A stretch of DNA of 64,000 nt from a virus (IMGVR_UViG_3300021958_000023:109520-173519), one strand, 5' to 3'. Counted from the first letter of the stretch, positions 16,409-26,803 are shown. The notes: generated from the letters alone by a model not told the origin. A program made the numbers and translations.

Positions 16409-19400
16409 TATCTACCTCTCATCGCTTTTCTTACTTTACCGTTGTTTTCAATATCTTTTACTACAAGATCAATAATAAGTTGTCCCATATCATTTCTGAC
16501 TGTTGAAGATTCAACCTGTTGTGCAGTGCCATTATTTTGTACATTGACTGTAACTGGAGGAGTTTGTCCGTTCATTTTACCTGTTGCATTTAACTGATTA
16601 AGGGCAGAACCTCCAATAGCTTTTGCAGCTGGCTTACGAATCACAAACTCGCCTGGTTCTAACAAAGCAGGAACTCTGTCGCGAAGAGTATTTACAGGTC
16701 CTCCTTTTGCAAAACGCATAATACCACCATAAGGATCTACTTTACCACCACCAGCAAAACCAAATGATGCTGCAGCCTTTTGTGCCATAATACGAATAAA
16801 CATTTCAAGAAATGCTGCAATAATAGCCTTTTTAAAGTCGCCTGTAGCAGCGAGCACACCTGCAAAAGCAGCAATGGTAGTGCCTTTTACATTTTCCATA
16901 ATTCCTGAAACTCCTGAATTAATTTCTGCTCCAATCTCTTTAACACCTCTCTGCCCATCACCAGCAGCACCTGATTGAAGAGCTTGTGTTTTAGTAGCTG
17001 AACCATCTTCTGATTTAGATTTTATCAAAGCTGTAGTAAACTTGTCTTTTGCTTTATCAACATAAGAAATGACTAAATCTTTGATTGGTTCATTGATTAG
17101 ATTGTCAATAAAGGCTTGTTGAATATCTAAAAGAAGATTAACAAATAAAGTTTTCACTCCTTCTCTGAATGTTTTTGTGGTAAGAGTACCTTCATTAATA
17201 GCTTTAAAGAAATCATTTACTGAACCAGTTAAAGTACCAGAAATACTAGACTTCAAATCATTAGCAATGTTAGTAATTAAATCAAACTCTTCTTTTAACT
17301 GACGAACTTTTTCTTCGTGATTTAATAATTCAAGAGCTGCCTCTTTATCAAGGTTCTTGATAATATTATCAAACAGTTGTTTTTCTATATCTTGTTCAAT
17401 TGCTATATTAGCTAATTTTTTTACAATAAGATCATTAGCATTTTTAATATCATTTATTGCAGCTTGATTTTTTTCTGATCTTAGTTGGTTTTGTAAGTCT
17501 CTTTCTTTTTCAATTAATGCAGTTACCTCATCATATAAAGATATTTTTTTATTTAACTCATCTCTAGTAATTTCGCTTTGAGCTTTTGAGTTTTTAACTT
17601 GAAGTTTATAAGTATCCATAATACCGTCTTTAGCATCTTTAATATACTCATCTAAACTTTGTCCTCCAATATCAAGACTGATTTTACCTATGTCTGGAAG
17701 TTCAACTTCTTTTATTATACCGATAGCTTTTAAAAGTCCATTAATTATATCTGACTCAGCTTCAATTAATTTTTTTCTACCTTCTAAGTAGCTTTTTGCT
17801 AATTCTATTTCTCCTTTTAGTAAAGAATAGTTTGCCTCAACTAATTTTAGTTCTGCTAATCTGTTATCTTTATCTGCTTCGATTTTAGCAAGGTTGATTT
17901 TTTCTTGAGTATTTAATACACTTATTTGCAATTCAAGAGCCCTTCTTTCGTTTGCTCTTTTCTTATCTTCTAGTTCTTGTAAAGGAAGAATTATTTTATT
18001 ATATTCAAAATTATTTTCTTTTCTCAATGCTGCAATTTTTTCATCATTAATGTCTTTTTCTGCTTGTAACATTTCCATTCGATTACTGAGTTCAACTTTT
18101 TTCACATCATACTCAAACTGAGCAATAGCACGTCTTCTTTCAATATCATTAAGATTATTTTGATTTTCTACCTCTAATAGTTTCATTCTAGCATTAAACT
18201 GATTTTGAGAAGTAGAAGTAGCAGCCTTTTCAACTTCTATTCTAGCATTTAAAAGCGCTTTTTGATCATCTAATTCGCTAGTAATTTGTGTACCCTCTAG
18301 CTGTGCTCTTGCTAGCTTACTTTGCAAAGACTCTCTTTCTTGGTCAAGTTGTAGTAAATTTTTATACTGTTCTAACTCTTTTACTCCTGCTTGATTTCTT
18401 GCTTTTTGTAGCTCTAAAGAAATTTTTTCTCTATTAATACGCTGAATTCTTACATCTAATAATTCTTTTTCAAGTTTATTTTGAGATACAAGCGCATTTA
18501 CAGCAATTAATTTGTTTTGAAGTTTTAGAGCGTCAATCTGTTGTTTCATCTGTATAGCTCTTTTTTCTTCTATTAGTCTAATCTTTTCTAGTTTTGCAGG
18601 TAATTGAATAATAATACCTGCTTGAGCTTTAAGGGCTGCAATACCAGCCTGATAAATATTAACTGTATCGCCATTTAAATTTTTACCTTTTTTCTGTTCA
18701 TCATTTAAAGTATTAAAAGCATCAATAGTTTGTTGTAAGTACTTAACTCTATTAGCCTGTTGTTCTGCGGCATTTTTAGCTAGAGAACCGTCTATTCCTA
18801 AAACACCTTGAGCAATAGCAGTATCGACTGCTCTAATTTCTTTAGAAAAAGATTCTCTAAATGTTTTTAAGTTTTTTTCCGCTGCTAATAGTTTCTCAGT
18901 TTCTTTACTTTGTGTTTGTATTCTATAAGTTAAAAATAGAATACTTTCTGCTAATGCTTTATTTTGTCCACCAGCAGCTTTTTGAGCTTCTTCTAATTCT
19001 TTTAATATATTTTTATATCCTAAAAGAGTTTTTGCTGATTTCTCAGCAGTAATAGTTCCTGCATTAAAGGCATCATCATAAGTAGTTTTAAGATTCGCTA
19101 GTTTAGCTTCAGAATCGAATACTACTTCACCAAATTCTGTAAATCTAGCTACTCCGTCTTGTCCAACCTGTCCTATTGATTCACCTAATATTAGAATTTC
19201 TCCAGAAGCCTCTCTAGACAATCTACCAGCGTCTTTTATTTTTATAATAGCAGCAGCGAAAGCTTTTTCTGATAACCCAGTGTTTTCTGCTCCTCTAGAT
19301 ATTTGAAAACTAAATTCTCCTAAACCAGATGATACAATTTTTAGAGCATCTTTTAAAGCATTATAAGCTAGAGTTTGTTTAGCTATATCCCCTGTACCAG

Positions 19401-21183
19401 TATCCATCTCTTCTCTAAGCTGTCTCATGCGACCTGTTAATTCTTTTATTTGTTCATCAACAGGAACAGCTACTGTTTTTAAAAGCATAGCTTCCCACTC
19501 ATTCATAATTTCTATATTATCTACAGTAGTAGTTGATACAGATTTTATAGCTGTATTAACTAAGTCAGCATAATCAGCAGCTTCTTCAAGTCCTGCTAAT
19601 TCAATCATTGATTGACTTACATCTGTTACAGCTGATACTAACCCTTTAAATCCTTTTTCTATCATTCTTTGTTCTTCACCAAGTTTAGAAAACCAATTAA
19701 CTACTGAACCAATGGCATCAATACCAAAAAACTGTAATATAGATTGTATTGTAGTTACTGCAAAAAACAATAGATTTAATTTAGATAGCGCAAACCCTAC
19801 TGCAGTACCAAATGCTGTAACAGCTACAGAAGCTACCTTAGTGCTTTTAGCTAAAAATCTGGAAGCTATTCCAGCTTGCTGTTCTGCCAAGGTTAGTTCT
19901 CTAACAGTTTGTGTTAATGCTCGTGTTCTTCCTCTTGATTTTTCTAAGGCTATATTTTTCTGTTCTAAAGTTCTATTACTTGCTCTAACTGCAACCTGAA
20001 AAGCACGTTCTTCAGCTATTTGAGCTTTTAATGCGTCTCTTGCTGCTTTTGCCTCAGCTACTGAACCAATAGAACCACTTAAAACAGCTTGTTTAGCTTT
20101 TGTAGCTTCTCCAGCTATCTCTCTACGACCTGCAAAACCTCCTTGACCAACAAAGCCTCCAGCAGCTTCTGTTGCTTTAGCAGTTGTAGCTGCAAATTGT
20201 TCTGAAGTCCCTCCTAGTTTTCGAGAAAAAGATTCTAAAGTTCCTAGAGCTTTATTAAGACCAACAACAGAAGATTGGGTAAATTGTGCTACTTGTTGTG
20301 CTGCTCCTCTAAATACAAGAGTAAATATACCTCCTAAAACTAAAAGAGTATTACCAAAATCTTTTGACAAAAAAGCCACAAAAGGTTCTATAAAATTGGC
20401 TATAGATATACCAATTTTAGTAGCTAAGTCTAAGAATTTTGCGGAAAGTTGTTCGAGAGATTTTTGCGCACTGCGAGAAGATAAGTCGATTTCATTAAAT
20501 TTTCTCTGACCTTCTTCAGCTACAGCATTAGCAAACGCTTGACGACGTTCAAACTCAGTTAATGATCCTACGCTTCTATTTAACGATGCTGCATATTTTT
20601 CAACAGCTGGCTCAATACGAGTAAAGATACCAATTTCGTCTAATAGTTCAGGTTCTAGTTTAATAGCACCACGAAATACACGCTGAATAGACTCAGTTAA
20701 ATTTCTACCCAAAGCTTTGGATGCTTTAGTAGCTACTTCAGTTAGTTGCTCAATTTGATCTGTATTAAAACCCGCAGATAAAGCAATGTTAGCATTTTGA
20801 GCAGCTTCAGCGGCTGTTAATTGACCTTGTGTTACTTCTTGAAGTTTAGATATAATAGCATCACCACTTAATCCAATTTCAGCAGCAAGTGTACGAGTAC
20901 CTCTAATAGTAGTTTCAACTTGAGCAGCGCGAGATAGTGCAGAAAAAGCCTGCTGGACTGCAAAGATATTTGCAGCTGCACCAGCATAAGCAGCAACAAA
21001 ACCGCCTAAGCCAGAGGCTTGAGCGGCAAATTGTCTACCTGAAGCAGCAGAAGCTTTTCCTAAATTTTGAGAGGAACGAGTAGTACGCTCTTGAGCTTGA
21101 TTCAGCTTATTGACGTCTTTAGCAGCTTTATCAAAACCTTGTGTGGTAGCTTTGGTACGAATCTCATTTATTCTACTAGCCAT
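16408..21183 (-). CDS. Tape measure protein (T5 pb2-like)
   Basis: 1591 aa, helical; ASGLGGFVAAYAGAAANIFA and IKLEPELLDEIGI motifs; C-terminal FAKGG...DRVPALLEPGEFV. Confidence 0.9.
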   Translation of the reverse strand: MASRINEIRTKATTQGFDKAAKDVNKLNQAQERTTRSSQNLGKASAASGRQFAAQASGLGGFVAAYAGAAANIFAVQQAFSALSRAAQVETTIRGTRTLAAEIGLSGDAIISKLQEVTQGQLTAAEAAQNANIALSAGFNTDQIEQLTEVATKASKALGRNLTESIQRVFRGAIKLEPELLDEIGIFTRIEPAVEKYAASLNRSVGSLTEFERRQAFANAVAEEGQRKFNEIDLSSRSAQKSLEQLSAKFLDLATKIGISIANFIEPFVAFLSKDFGNTLLVLGGIFTLVFRGAAQQVAQFTQSSVVGLNKALGTLESFSRKLGGTSEQFAATTAKATEAAGGFVGQGGFAGRREIAGEATKAKQAVLSGSIGSVAEAKAARDALKAQIAEERAFQVAVRASNRTLEQKNIALEKSRGRTRALTQTVRELTLAEQQAGIASRFLAKSTKVASVAVTAFGTAVGFALSKLNLLFFAVTTIQSILQFFGIDAIGSVVNWFSKLGEEQRMIEKGFKGLVSAVTDVSQSMIELAGLEEAADYADLVNTAIKSVSTTTVDNIEIMNEWEAMLLKTVAVPVDEQIKELTGRMRQLREEMDTGTGDIAKQTLAYNALKDALKIVSSGLGEFSFQISRGAENTGLSEKAFAAAIIKIKDAGRLSREASGEILILGESIGQVGQDGVARFTEFGEVVFDSEAKLANLKTTYDDAFNAGTITAEKSAKTLLGYKNILKELEEAQKAAGGQNKALAESILFLTYRIQTQSKETEKLLAAEKNLKTFRESFSKEIRAVDTAIAQGVLGIDGSLAKNAAEQQANRVKYLQQTIDAFNTLNDEQKKGKNLNGDTVNIYQAGIAALKAQAGIIIQLPAKLEKIRLIEEKRAIQMKQQIDALKLQNKLIAVNALVSQNKLEKELLDVRIQRINREKISLELQKARNQAGVKELEQYKNLLQLDQERESLQSKLARAQLEGTQITSELDDQKALLNARIEVEKAATSTSQNQFNARMKLLEVENQNNLNDIERRRAIAQFEYDVKKVELSNRMEMLQAEKDINDEKIAALRKENNFEYNKIILPLQELEDKKRANERRALELQISVLNTQEKINLAKIEADKDNRLAELKLVEANYSLLKGEIELAKSYLEGRKKLIEAESDIINGLLKAIGIIKEVELPDIGKISLDIGGQSLDEYIKDAKDGIMDTYKLQVKNSKAQSEITRDELNKKISLYDEVTALIEKERDLQNQLRSEKNQAAINDIKNANDLIVKKLANIAIEQDIEKQLFDNIIKNLDKEAALELLNHEEKVRQLKEEFDLITNIANDLKSSISGTLTGSVNDFFKAINEGTLTTKTFREGVKTLFVNLLLDIQQAFIDNLINEPIKDLVISYVDKAKDKFTTALIKSKSEDGSATKTQALQSGAAGDGQRGVKEIGAEINSGVSGIMENVKGTTIAAFAGVLAATGDFKKAIIAAFLEMFIRIMAQKAAASFGFAGGGKVDPYGGIMRFAKGGPVNTLRDRVPALLEPGEFVIRKPAAKAIGGSALNQLNATGKMNGQTPPVTVNVQNNGTAQQVESSTVRNDMGQLIIDLVVKDIENNGKVRKAMRGR

Positions 21184-21191
21184 TAATCATC

Positions 21192-21560
21192 CTATCTAAA
21201 TTTGGAACCAGCTTTTGCTTTTCGTTCTTCTTGTTTACGCTTTTCTTCATAAAATTTGCTATATTCTTGAATACAAATTTGAAGCATTTCAAAAGTATCT
21301 TTCCAGTTTACCATTTGAAATATTGTCATAATATCTGATAAACCCGCATACTCTTTACCTAACCAAACTCCATTCATACCTTCAACTTTATCAGGTAATA
21401 CATTCATTAATACTAAAGCTTGTTGAGCCTCTAAAGATAAATCTGAAGTATCAAGAGGTTGGTCATCAAAATCTTGCCAACCCATTTGATCTGCCATTAA
21501 CCAATATTGTTCTTTTGTAATACCTCCACCTACAAAATTAGACTGGAGGTATTTTATTAG
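21192..21560 (-). CDS. Tail assembly chaperone, -1 frameshift extension (gpT-like)
   Basis: Open -1 frame from the slippery site through MADQMGW... to the stop at 21192. Confidence 0.75.
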   Translation of the reverse strand, partial: LIKYLQSNFVGGGITKEQYWLMADQMGWQDFDDQPLDTSDLSLEAQQALVLMNVLPDKVEGMNGVWLGKEYAGLSDIMTIFQMVNWKDTFEMLQICIQEYSKFYEEKRKQEERKAKAGSKFR

Positions 21561-21566
21561 TTTTTT
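21519..21566 (-). other. Programmed -1 ribosomal frameshift signal
   Basis: Slippery A AAA AAC (21566-21560), 6-nt spacer, 10-bp stem AATACCTCCA/TGGAGGTATT. Confidence 0.8.
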
Positions 21567-21988
21567 TCCGCTTCAGCTTTTTTTGTTACTGAAAACTGTT
21601 CAAAATCATTCATACAATCAGTAATAAACTGATCAAATACAGAAGAGTTTTTAATTAGTTCAAGAGCTTCTTCTTCTGAATAGGCTACGTTTTCTTCTAG
21701 ATTAACCCCTGTTAAATCAACAGGCAAGAGTTGTGGAAGATTTTTTAATTTTAAACCTTTCCATCCTCTAATTGCTTTTTTAGTATAAGCTTCTAAAAAC
21801 TTATCTTGATCAATCTCTTCTTCTCGCTGACGAGTACGTTTATTAAATTTATAAGTTAAACTTTGGTTTCTAATCTTAACTAGATCTTCTCTGCTAAGAT
21901 ACGCAATTTTTAAAATAAAACCATCAATGTCTGGATATTCTACTTCAGTGATAGTTTCTGTTGCAATTAAATTTGAAATTTTACTCAT
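21557..21988 (-). CDS. Tail assembly chaperone (gpG-like)
   Basis: Lies between tail tube and tape measure genes; AIRGWKGL motif; ends at the slippery site. Confidence 0.85.
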   Translation of the reverse strand: MSKISNLIATETITEVEYPDIDGFILKIAYLSREDLVKIRNQSLTYKFNKRTRQREEEIDQDKFLEAYTKKAIRGWKGLKLKNLPQLLPVDLTGVNLEENVAYSEEEALELIKNSSVFDQFITDCMNDFEQFSVTKKAEAEKN

Positions 21989-22014
21989 GTTTTCCCCCTA
22001 CTAGGTGTTAATAT

Positions 22015-22089
22015 AAAAAAAGGGTGTCCATCATTATTAGCTAAAACAGAGCTGAGGGGGAAGCTCGTTGTTGCTCATGATGAACACCC
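22015..22089 (-). terminator. Intrinsic terminator with large structured loop after the tail tube gene
   Basis: 13-bp stem GGGUGUUCAUCAU/AUGAUGGACACCC (one G-U) followed by U7. Confidence 0.7.
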
Positions 22090-22125
22090 ACATGAAATTA
22101 TTTACCCCCTCAAGTAATAATTTTA

Positions 22126-23430
22126 TTAGTTATTATCACTTTTTACGAAGAACTCAATCTCGTCTCCAGAACCACGCTGACCTTCTTGTGCAAGGAAGTC
22201 AACAGACATTCCAAGAACATCATCAATTTGATGAACTGGAAAGTTAAACTGCACTGCTGGCATTGCAATATGGAAATATGGAGCAGTTCCACCACCAATT
22301 TGAATGTTAGCAGAGCTAGTAATTGCGTGAGACACACGAGAGTCATTCACAACTTTGTTCAAGAACTGTGCAGAGTTTGCTCTTGTGGAGTTTTCTGAAG
22401 CAGATCTTAGATATGCAGTAAATGATCCTGTGATTGTTCTAGATCCTGTAAACTGCCCAATTGGAGTGTTCAGAGCAGCTAGTTCTTCTGGTGTTAGATA
22501 TGTAACATCGTTAGAGTAGCTAAAGCTTAGACCAGTTACAGGGAATGAGTATACGTTAGCGCCTTCTGCAGCAGATCCTTGATGTGAAATCTCAATAGCA
22601 CTTAGACGGTTTTTAATAAAGTCAACAGTATAAGTTGAACCTTCTACGTTCATTGTTGCATAAGGATGGTGTGAAGCTGCGGCTGTAGTAGTAATAGATG
22701 CATTAGGAGTAATAGTAGAACCATCGTTGTTAACTCCTCCAAATACAGCAATAGCCTTATTTCTTGCATCGCCTGTTAATTCAACCATTTCTGTACCAAA
22801 ACCACTCCAAGTAGTAGTTGCAATTCCATCAACAGAAGCATCGATTTCACCACTGTTTACAATCGCTTTCTTAACTTGGTATACAAGGTTATCAAGCTTA
22901 AAGTACATATGATTTTCTTGAGCAATAGCAAAGTTAGAACGAGTTGAATGTGTGTTTGCTGATGCTGCAGTATTTGCTGATTTAATTTTAGCAGAAGAGG
23001 TGTTAGTATCATAGAACCACACAGACTGTTCACCACCGTTTGAAGATGCAGGAGCTGTATTACTAATTAATGATTGCCATAAATACCAATCAGCTACAGG
23101 TTTTGAATTTCCTGTTTCTGCTAATCCTGTACCTTGAGAAGGATCATTTACTTCTGCTCCAGTAGGTCTTAAATATGTTTGAAAATTCCACTCCACAGGA
23201 TTACGTGCAGTGTTAAATCTTTGTACACTTCTGTCTGGGTCTAATCCACTCTCTAATGAGGTGATATCTTGAACCGCAGAATCAGCAGAAAGAGCGTACC
23301 CCGCTAAAACCTCAATTCTCCAGGTATTAGCAGGAGTAAGATCAGCAGCTGCTGTTGAAGTCAGCGACAAGTCTTTTATTGAGTAAAAGACTGTAGTATT
23401 TCTTTGTAAGTTTAGCTGAGTACCCGCCAT
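22126..23430 (-). CDS. Major tail (tube) protein, T5 pb6-like
   Basis: WRIEVLAGY, FNTARNPVEWNFQTYLRP, SNDVTYLTPEEL, FTGSRTITGSFTAYL motifs. Confidence 0.85.
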   Translation of the reverse strand: MAGTQLNLQRNTTVFYSIKDLSLTSTAAADLTPANTWRIEVLAGYALSADSAVQDITSLESGLDPDRSVQRFNTARNPVEWNFQTYLRPTGAEVNDPSQGTGLAETGNSKPVADWYLWQSLISNTAPASSNGGEQSVWFYDTNTSSAKIKSANTAASANTHSTRSNFAIAQENHMYFKLDNLVYQVKKAIVNSGEIDASVDGIATTTWSGFGTEMVELTGDARNKAIAVFGGVNNDGSTITPNASITTTAAASHHPYATMNVEGSTYTVDFIKNRLSAIEISHQGSAAEGANVYSFPVTGLSFSYSNDVTYLTPEELAALNTPIGQFTGSRTITGSFTAYLRSASENSTRANSAQFLNKVVNDSRVSHAITSSANIQIGGGTAPYFHIAMPAVQFNFPVHQIDDVLGMSVDFLAQEGQRGSGDEIEFFVKSDNN

Positions 23431-23441
23431 TTTTTAACTCC

Positions 23442-23888
23442 TTAATTATCTAGTTCATACTCAATGATAAGTTCTATCTCACCAATTCCGTATGGTTTTA
23501 CTAATCCCTCATCAGTATCTACACTGTTTATAGTTATATCTCTTATATCATATATACCAGTGTTCATATTATATATTACGTGTTCTATGTCTTGAATTAA
23601 ACTATCTAATCCTTTAGATGAATCTTCCTCTGTGACATAAATTCTAAGAGTTAAAGTTATTATACCCGTGGTATTACCTAAAGTATTGTATACTCTAACC
23701 TCTTCTCCGACTTGAAAGTAGATCGAGGGGAAATCGTTTACTTCGTCTAAAAATTTTACTTTTCTAAATACATTACCATAAATATTATTTTGGAATGTAT
23801 AAGATGAGTTTAAAGATGATATTGATTCATTTATCAACTTTAAGTTATTGAGAATATGATTAATAATATTTCTTCTCTGATTCGACAT
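23442..23888 (-). CDS. Tail terminator protein (T5 p142-like)
   Basis: Start MSNQRR (23888); KFLDEVNDFPSI and TDEGLVKPYGIGEI motifs; precedes the tube gene. Confidence 0.8.
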   Translation of the reverse strand: MSNQRRNIINHILNNLKLINESISSLNSSYTFQNNIYGNVFRKVKFLDEVNDFPSIYFQVGEEVRVYNTLGNTTGIITLTLRIYVTEEDSSKGLDSLIQDIEHVIYNMNTGIYDIRDITINSVDTDEGLVKPYGIGEIELIIEYELDN

Positions 23889-23892
23889 TATA

Positions 23893-23921
23893 AGTATAGC
23901 ACCTGTAATTGGTTCTGGCAA
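23893..23921 (-). promoter_or_regulatory. sigma70-type promoter
   Basis: TTGCCA-N17-TATACT, 4 nt before ATG. Confidence 0.55.
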
Positions 23922-23932
23922 ACTAAATTTTT

Positions 23933-25231
23933 TTAAGTCCTAATAATTCTAAACTGTCTGCCGAACAATTCTTGAGCAGTTTGCCTAATCGTTGGTCTGA
24001 TTAGTCTTTGTCCGACAGCATAAGGACGGGAATGAAATTTATCAAAATATTGAGATACGGGGGGATCAGCATAATAAGATATTAAACTTTTCTTATAATC
24101 AACTATAAATTGTAAAGAATTAACAAACTTACCAGTTCTATATTTTAATCCCTCAGTAGGGTTAGGATCACCTATTCTAGGCATTTTGCCTTCAATTTTG
24201 TTTCTCAAAATAGTAGTTAGTTGAATTGAAGAAATAAATCTACCAGTGTCTTTTACTGATTCTCTTCTTTTTACGTTTCCTCTTTTAATTTTACCTGATA
24301 CTCTTGGAATACTACCACCAGTAGGAACTCCAAACAATATTTCAAAATCAAGTGATGGAGCGTTTTTAAATGTCTGAGTAGAAGTTTTTCTTTTACCATC
24401 TATTTTTTCTATAACCTTTTGAAACTCTTCTAAACTAGATGCTGTAACAGCTGCTCCTGATTCTGTTAATTGGTTAATTAAGTTTTTTTCAAAAGTTGAA
24501 GATAAGTTATATTGAATATTATTCTTTTTTAATTCAGTAACAAAAGGAGGAGAAGTAAAAGCAGTTTTTGGAAAAAATATATTTATTACATTAACAGAAG
24601 TGACTTTACCTTTTACAATATTTGCTTTTGAGATAAGCAAGTTTTTAGCCTTGTTATAAAACTGCATATGTAGTTCAGGATCATTATCTCTAATTAAGTT
24701 AAAGAATCCTGGACCTCCTACTTTAGCTCTGGCTGCTTTTAATACTTCTTCAGGGTTATTTACATCAAAAGATTGTTTTCCTACTTTACCAAAATCTTTA
24801 TCTTGTCTTAATAATCCTGTTTGCTCAGCTTCAGTTGCTTGCAATTTAATAGCATCTAAAAGACTATTATTAAAACCAGAATATGCTGCCTGTCCGATAG
24901 TAGATCCATACTTACTACCTCTTTTTGCTTTTACTTCAGGTTGTAGTATGTCTTGTTCGTCAGTTCCAAGAATTCTAGATAAAACTCTAGCTATTCTTGG
25001 GCTTTCAATTTGTAGATCAGGAACACCGGCTACGTTTTTTGCTGCTTGTTCAGAAACTCTGCCTCCATAATATTTTGCTAGAGTTCCTTCAATTCTATCG
25101 CCCCATAACTTTTCTTGTCTAGCATTTTTAGTACCTGATAGTTGTCCCATAGCTTTAAACAAATTTGTATAATTATTTAATAACTCTGGTTCTGTAACTG
25201 TAACTTGATAAGCTATAATAGGCTTTGCCAT
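23933..25231 (-). CDS. Neck/tail completion protein (T5 p143-like C-terminus)
   Basis: Synteny; C-terminal LKYRTGKFVNS...RLIRPTIRQTAQELFG. Confidence 0.65.
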   Translation of the reverse strand: MAKPIIAYQVTVTEPELLNNYTNLFKAMGQLSGTKNARQEKLWGDRIEGTLAKYYGGRVSEQAAKNVAGVPDLQIESPRIARVLSRILGTDEQDILQPEVKAKRGSKYGSTIGQAAYSGFNNSLLDAIKLQATEAEQTGLLRQDKDFGKVGKQSFDVNNPEEVLKAARAKVGGPGFFNLIRDNDPELHMQFYNKAKNLLISKANIVKGKVTSVNVINIFFPKTAFTSPPFVTELKKNNIQYNLSSTFEKNLINQLTESGAAVTASSLEEFQKVIEKIDGKRKTSTQTFKNAPSLDFEILFGVPTGGSIPRVSGKIKRGNVKRRESVKDTGRFISSIQLTTILRNKIEGKMPRIGDPNPTEGLKYRTGKFVNSLQFIVDYKKSLISYYADPPVSQYFDKFHSRPYAVGQRLIRPTIRQTAQELFGRQFRIIRT

Positions 25232-26559
25232 TACATTACAATCCTGTACATTTCAAGAACTCTACGAATATGAGGAGGGAAGTTAGCACTTAATGAGTGC
25301 TGCTTACCTGATTCTCCACTTAGAGAGAATCCTGCATTTTCCTGAGTTTGTTTATGTAAAATTTTGATATAATCTAAAGTAGCAACTTTAATATCTCTTG
25401 GAATAATAGCATAACCACCATCATAAGTAATCTTAATACCAGATGGATAATCTTTAAACATAATATTAGGAATCACAGAAATATCAGGAGTACCTCTAAC
25501 ACCTCCTATATATCTTTTTACACCTCCAGTGCCTCCATCCCAAATATATTGAGGATCAGCACGAGAGTCATCTTTTATAGTAGAACTGTTATTAGTACCG
25601 TCTAAGTGTAGTAAAACTACAGTATTATCATCAGTTGGGTGTTGATAAGTAGGAGGAGTAAAAGTATTAGTATACTTAGCATCAATAGTTACTCTAATTT
25701 CATCAGCATAGCCTTTGAAATAGTTTTCCTCACCGCTAATATCACGTTTTCCTACAAATAGTGATGTTCCAGAAGAGAATGAAGGAACAGAGTTAGTTGT
25801 AGTCTGTGTGTCTACTAAAGCACCTTCTACAAATAATTTTAAACTATTATCTTCTCTAGTAACCGCATAATGTAAAAACGTATTTGCTCTAGAAGGATAA
25901 TAAGAATTAACATTACCAACACCAGTTGTGTGATAAACATTCATAACCTCAGTGTTTGCACTTCTTGCTGTAAATTTAGCACCAAAATATGGATCAAATA
26001 TTAATTCCATATAATTAGTATTACTAGAGGCTCTACTAATTAAAGTTTTGGTATTATTAAATAGTTCAGATCTAAAAAATCCTTCGATAGTAAAGTCGTC
26101 TGTTTGAAAATCAAACTTTTGATTATTAGAATCAGGATCGTTTACATAAATTGCTCCACTAGTACCATTAAACTGTAAAGAACTTTTTCCAAACTTCTTT
26201 CTTCTAGTGTTTAGAGACGCCCCAGCAACAGTTGTAACTGTAGAAGAGTCAAAATTATCAGATACAAACGAACCGTCACTACTTGGACCAAATAGTGTCA
26301 TATGATTTTGTCCGTCAAATTCTGTTACTGATTTTACGCTATTGATAGGTAGTCTAGACACAAAAACCTGAGAAACTCCTCCATCAAAAGTTTCTGTATA
26401 AACATTACTTTTTATTTCTCTGCCGATATAACTTTCTACAACAGAACAAGCATAATGAATTAGATTACTTAATCTAGTATCATAAGTAGGACTATTAATT
26501 TGAAGATACTCTTTTACCTCTCCTAAAGTTACAAAAGGCACAGTTACTGATTGTGTCAT
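25231..26559 (-). CDS. Head completion/head-tail connector with inserted LamG (concanavalin A-like) domain
   Basis: VTLGEVKEYL...VESYIGR and ITYDGGY...DIKVATL...FPPHIRRVLEMYR flank KFGKSSLQFNG...DFTIE...HYAVTR...FKGYADEIRV. Confidence 0.8.
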   Translation of the reverse strand: MTQSVTVPFVTLGEVKEYLQINSPTYDTRLSNLIHYACSVVESYIGREIKSNVYTETFDGGVSQVFVSRLPINSVKSVTEFDGQNHMTLFGPSSDGSFVSDNFDSSTVTTVAGASLNTRRKKFGKSSLQFNGTSGAIYVNDPDSNNQKFDFQTDDFTIEGFFRSELFNNTKTLISRASSNTNYMELIFDPYFGAKFTARSANTEVMNVYHTTGVGNVNSYYPSRANTFLHYAVTREDNSLKLFVEGALVDTQTTTNSVPSFSSGTSLFVGKRDISGEENYFKGYADEIRVTIDAKYTNTFTPPTYQHPTDDNTVVLLHLDGTNNSSTIKDDSRADPQYIWDGGTGGVKRYIGGVRGTPDISVIPNIMFKDYPSGIKITYDGGYAIIPRDIKVATLDYIKILHKQTQENAGFSLSGESGKQHSLSANFPPHIRRVLEMYRIVM

Positions 26560-26570
26560 AATTATACTCC

Positions 26571-26789
26571 TTAATCATCAAGAGTAGTAGTTTTTGATGT
26601 CTCAGTTACAACTTTTTTAGTAGTTGCGCTTACTGTTCTATTAGTTACAGTAGCAGCGGGCTTTGGAGCTTTGTGTTTTGCTCTCCACTTAGCTTTCATA
26701 TCTTCTTTATCAATTCCTGTGTAGGTTAGCATTTGCTCAAGAAATTCTTGATAATCACTAATTGATAATAATCTTTGAATTGGATCCAT
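26571..26789 (-). CDS. Hypothetical protein
   Basis: 72-aa ORF with AGGAGG RBS. Confidence 0.7.
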   Translation of the reverse strand: MDPIQRLLSISDYQEFLEQMLTYTGIDKEDMKAKWRAKHKAPKPAATVTNRTVSATTKKVVTETSKTTTLDD

Positions 26790-26803
26790 TTTTTCCTCCT
26801 AGT

